Source of the DNA: an uncultured archaeon
Lineage (GTDB): Archaea; Asgardarchaeota; Thorarchaeia; Thorarchaeales; Thorarchaeaceae
NCBI GenBank assembly: GCA_964610875.1
Contig: CAZSWP010000054.1
Coordinates: 1-19,235 of the forward strand
Reading direction: 5' to 3'
DNA length: 19,235 nucleotides
Shown here: piece by piece, positions 15,749 through 19,235 of the stretch
Position numbering within the stretch: position 1 is the first letter of the stretch
Layout: the number at the start of each line of letters is the position of its first letter
Notes under the pieces: generated by a model
Told to the model about the DNA's origin: nothing
Database searches by the model: none
What the model saw: the letters and a program-made list of their open reading frames with translations, nothing else
Program-made: the position numbers and the translations under genes

Positions 15749-16318
15749 TCAGTTTTTCATCTTACTCTCGCCGTAAAACAACTCTCCAAGTCGTTTCATA
15801 GTGTCACGGACACAGTCCTTTTTCCCACTTATCTGTAGATGGCGGTTTCCGTCAAGATGAATAAGCACACCACAGTCCTCAGCAATCTCGCTGATTATTT
15901 CAACGGGAATATCCTCGGGCAATTTAATTCTGAAAAAGCTGACATCCTTTTCACGAGGAAGGTCCGAGATTGGAACTTGTGAGTCTAATGAAGGTGGAGG
16001 TGTTTTGCCCTGTAAGGCATCATGAAATTTTGTTTCCCATTCCTTACGATATTCAACTTCGTTGCTTTCTTCTGCCCACTGCATCATGGTCTTACTGATA
16101 CTTTGAATTTTGACTTCAATATCATCTCGGAGTCTGACATCTGCGCCTTCTTGAACACTGATATCTCCCTTGAAAGATCTCAAATATTCTATACTCATCT
16201 TCAGGTTTCTGAGGTCTGCATAGGCCAGATCTGGAATGAATCTGCCCTTTTCTTCTAGTGCACCGAGTAAATCATTTAGGACCATCCAAGCTGCATGAAT
16301 TCCCTCAAGAGATGCCAT
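15749..16318 (-). CDS. DUF2096-like archaeal protein
   Basis: W.VL.DLL..L..KG..IP....DLR N-terminus and R..LPE.I..E.I.EI.E..GV.I......I.G.K..V C-terminus, recognised from memory of the family; 4 nt downstream of hdrA with RBS GGAGTGA. Confidence 0.65.
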   Translation of the reverse strand: MASLEGIHAAWMVLNDLLGALEEKGRFIPDLAYADLRNLKMSIEYLRSFKGDISVQEGADVRLRDDIEVKIQSISKTMMQWAEESNEVEYRKEWETKFHDALQGKTPPPSLDSQVPISDLPREKDVSFFRIKLPEDIPVEIISEIAEDCGVLIHLDGNRHLQISGKKDCVRDTMKRLGELFYGESKMKN

Positions 16319-16322
16319 CTAC

Positions 16323-19235
16323 TCACTCCCTGAGCATCTCTTCAATCTGATTCAAGAAACTTTTCTCACGCCACCAGCGAAGGTCTCGTGCTCCTGTTGG
16401 GCAGATTGCAACACATGCTCCACACCCCTCGCACTTTATATCATCAGTGACACTCTTCTTCACACCTGGTTCTACTTCAACCATTGATACTGCATCATAA
16501 GGACAAATCTCAGAGTAATGACAGAGATCACACCCAACACAGAGTTCCTCGTCGACCTCTGCAGTCACAAGCTCAATCTCAACTTTACCCAGATTGAGTG
16601 GACCTACTGCTGCACTGGCAGCTCCTCGTGCCTGGTTTATTGAGTCCTGCACACTCTTAGCATATGTGACACCAAGAAAGACACCTGGTACTGTGGTTTC
16701 AACTGGGCGGAATTTCATGTGCATCTCTAAGAGAAATCCATCTTGTCCTCGGTTAATTCCCATCGCTCGCACAAACTCGTTTACATCATGAGGTGCTTCA
16801 AGTGCGACTGCTAATACTACCATGTCTGAACGAATCTTGAAGGTTTCTTGAGAAAGAGTGTCGTACACGGTCACGATTGCTTCATCTGAGTCGGGAGATT
16901 TCTCCACAGTGACCGGATTCTCTCTGACCCATCGAAGATATGAAACACCATGTTGTCGATTTTCCCTCCACATCTCCTCAAGACCATCGGCATAGGGTCG
17001 AATATGTTCCTTGTAGGCTGAGAATATCTTGATGTCAGGAAACATCTCTCTAAGCTCTTTCTGCATGGTAATTACTGCAGAACAGCATACGCGAGAGCAA
17101 TATCTATTGCCTTCCCCAGGATTTTGTCTTGAACCTACACAATGAATGAAGACCGGGTTCTTAGGTGCTTTCTTAATCTCTCCTGCTTTGAGTTTCTTTT
17201 CCAAATCAAGAGTGGTCATGACACCTGGCACCTCACCCCATCCATACTCTCCTTTCTTCGAATCATATGTATCACAACCTACAGCAATGACCATGGTGCC
17301 AATACGATAGATCTCTTCTTCTCCTGATTCACTGTTTTTCACTGAAATATCATAATTTCCATAAGACCCATCACGTTTGACTACTTTTGAATTCAATAGC
17401 ACTCGAATTCGCTTCTCTTTCTGAACACGTTTTACCAAATCATCAACTAAGTCTTGAGCATTGTCCATATGAGGGAAGATTCTATAGAGTTCGTTCATTC
17501 GACCTCCGAGGACTGGTTCCTTCTCAATGAGCAACACTTCATAGCCCTTCTTTGCAATATCGAGTGCAGCAGTCATACCTGATACACCGCCACCGACTAC
17601 CATTGTAACTGGAGTGACCTCTACTATCTTAGTTGGGACATCTTCGTTATTGATAGCTTTTGCAACCCCTGAGCGGATCATATCTTGAGCTTTCTCTTGT
17701 CGCTCATCTCGGGATGCATTCTTATGAACAAGTGTCAATTGCTCTCTCAGTCCTACTGGCCCAACTAGGTAATATCCCGAAAGGCCTGCAGCTTCAAGAG
17801 ATCTGCGAAATGTATCTTGATGTTGAAGCGGTGAGCAGGAGCCAACTACCACTCTATTCAGTTTATGTTCCTTAATGGCTTCTGTGACAAATTCTTGTCC
17901 TGGGTCAGAGCACATGAAGATGTAGTCCGTACTATAGACAACATTGGGTAAATCGCTAGCCCACTCTGCAAGACCCGGTGCATCAATCTCATTTCCAATG
18001 ATACCTCCACAGTGACAGATGAACACACCCACACGAGGCTTATCACCTAGTTCAGCTGGTGGTATCTCTTCCTTCTCTAACGGGATAGGTACTGGGAGAA
18101 TCGATTGAGCTGCCATTGCGGCTCCTTTGCCTTCATTGACGGTGTCTGTGCCATCTTTTGGACCATGGACACAACCTGCAACATAGATTCCGGGTCGTGT
18201 TGTTTCAATACCCATCGTATTTGCGTGTTTTTCCTTCACCCAATCTTTTTCATCCAATTCAATACCTAGTGTTTGAGCTAGTTCTTCATGTCCTTCATTG
18301 GGTCTAAAACTGGCATTAAGGACAACCATTGATATATCTTCGAGCTCTGTTATCTCTCCAGTTTCAGTGTCTTCCAACTTGATTGAGAGATTGTGCGTAT
18401 CAACATCTTCGTATATTTCAGCTATTCTTCCTCGAATGAAATTGATGCCTTGATTCTTCTCACTATCCCAGAGGAACTCTTCCAGAGATTTTCCCGCGGT
18501 ACGCATATCCATATAGGTGTAAATTATCTCACAGTGATCCTCGGGATAATGCATTCGTGTCACTTGTGCCAATTTCAGTCCAAAAGAACAGCAGACCTTA
18601 TTGCAATGATCACTGTATCCCTGAATGTTCTCTCTGACATCCCTGCTTCCTACACAATTGACAAAGACAATTCGTTCAGGCTCCTTTCCGTCAGACGGCC
18701 GGACCATATGTGCATCTGTTGGACCGGTTGGATGAGTCTGTCTGTCATATTCAAGTGATGTGACAACATTTGGAAATATCCCATATCCATACTCTGCATA
18801 GTCTAGAGGTTTGTATTCTTGGAATCCTGTGGCTACAATAATAGAACCAACATTCAGGTCGTATGTCTTGTCTTCATCACCATACATGATACAATCTTGT
18901 GGACAAACTGCCGCACAGGTCCCGCAGCCAATACAAGAATCTCTGTCGATGGTAGCTATGAGTGGAATCTGCTGTGGAAAGTTCATGTAGATTGCCTTTC
19001 TCATGGAGAGCCCGAAATCATATTCATTGGGCACTTCAATTGGACAGGACTGTATGCAAAGCTGACATCCTGTACATTTGTCTTCGTTCACATACCTTGC
19101 TTTCTTTCTAACTGTGACTGTAAAATCACCCGGTTCTCCGGTTACCTTCTCCACTTCGGAGAGTGCATGAATCTGAATGTTTGGGTGTTTTCCTACAAAT
19201 GATGTCAAGGGTGTCATGACACATGCAGAGCATTC
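16323..19235 (-). CDS. hdrA: Tandem (two-module) heterodisulfide reductase subunit A, 5'-partial (frame runs off the window through ...ECSACVMTP)
   Basis: Two CVGSR...C...CC clusters, inserted 2x[4Fe-4S] domain, GCVHGPKD, a second-module start RVGVFICHCGG, VVGGGVSG FAD motif, C-terminal 2x[4Fe-4S]. Confidence 0.93.
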   Translation of the reverse strand, partial: ECSACVMTPLTSFVGKHPNIQIHALSEVEKVTGEPGDFTVTVRKKARYVNEDKCTGCQLCIQSCPIEVPNEYDFGLSMRKAIYMNFPQQIPLIATIDRDSCIGCGTCAAVCPQDCIMYGDEDKTYDLNVGSIIVATGFQEYKPLDYAEYGYGIFPNVVTSLEYDRQTHPTGPTDAHMVRPSDGKEPERIVFVNCVGSRDVRENIQGYSDHCNKVCCSFGLKLAQVTRMHYPEDHCEIIYTYMDMRTAGKSLEEFLWDSEKNQGINFIRGRIAEIYEDVDTHNLSIKLEDTETGEITELEDISMVVLNASFRPNEGHEELAQTLGIELDEKDWVKEKHANTMGIETTRPGIYVAGCVHGPKDGTDTVNEGKGAAMAAQSILPVPIPLEKEEIPPAELGDKPRVGVFICHCGGIIGNEIDAPGLAEWASDLPNVVYSTDYIFMCSDPGQEFVTEAIKEHKLNRVVVGSCSPLQHQDTFRRSLEAAGLSGYYLVGPVGLREQLTLVHKNASRDERQEKAQDMIRSGVAKAINNEDVPTKIVEVTPVTMVVGGGVSGMTAALDIAKKGYEVLLIEKEPVLGGRMNELYRIFPHMDNAQDLVDDLVKRVQKEKRIRVLLNSKVVKRDGSYGNYDISVKNSESGEEEIYRIGTMVIAVGCDTYDSKKGEYGWGEVPGVMTTLDLEKKLKAGEIKKAPKNPVFIHCVGSRQNPGEGNRYCSRVCCSAVITMQKELREMFPDIKIFSAYKEHIRPYADGLEEMWRENRQHGVSYLRWVRENPVTVEKSPDSDEAIVTVYDTLSQETFKIRSDMVVLAVALEAPHDVNEFVRAMGINRGQDGFLLEMHMKFRPVETTVPGVFLGVTYAKSVQDSINQARGAASAAVGPLNLGKVEIELVTAEVDEELCVGCDLCHYSEICPYDAVSMVEVEPGVKKSVTDDIKCEGCGACVAICPTGARDLRWWREKSFLNQIEEMLRE

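Noticed and set aside
15498-15776. 92-aa + strand ORF
   Set aside because: No motif or RBS; overlaps the structured element and the end of the DUF2096-like gene.
1510-19202. Numerous short antisense or alternate-frame ORFs inside mbh, kor, hdr, sensor and hdrA genes
   Set aside because: Shadow ORFs of well-supported genes with no independent signals.
19218-19235. Selenocysteine in the HdrA CxxC/U motif, and SECIS elements
   Set aside because: The motif reads ECSAC with TGC/TGT codons. No gene in the window has an internal TGA, and no convincing SECIS was seen (ATGA-containing stem at about 3975-4022 considered and dropped).
1-19235. CRISPR array, tRNA, rRNA, intact transposase or integrase
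   Set aside because: No regularly spaced repeats, cloverleaf or rRNA signatures, or catalytic recombinase motifs were seen.

Overview
Archaeal window, probably from an anaerobic non-methanogen such as an Asgard (Thorarchaeia-like) or Bathyarchaeia lineage. This lineage call is inferred from gene content, TATA-type promoters and GGAGG/GGTGA RBSs. The window is mostly a redox/energy cluster: (i) the L-M-N end of an Mbh-type group 4 [NiFe]-hydrogenase without its small subunit; (ii) a four-subunit 2-oxoacid:ferredoxin oxidoreductase (korDAB-gamma); (iii) two paralogous hdrCB pairs pointing away from each other around a radical SAM gene; and (iv) a tandem HdrA-HdrA' fusion, cut by the window edge and followed by a DUF2096-like gene. 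The two HdrA halves have lost complementary cofactor domains. Accessory genes are a membrane-anchored wHTH regulator coupled to a glycosylated surface protein and a histidine-kinase-like membrane protein with a degenerate ATP-binding domain. Features missed by the ORF track: a probable recombination junction at about 750 where a Zn-ribbon gene abuts a headless HEAT-like reading frame, a ~220-nt nested inverted-repeat element at 15371-15591 next to an HTH micro-ORF, and a micro-ORF echoing an HdrB motif. All family calls are from motif recognition by eye; no database searches were run.
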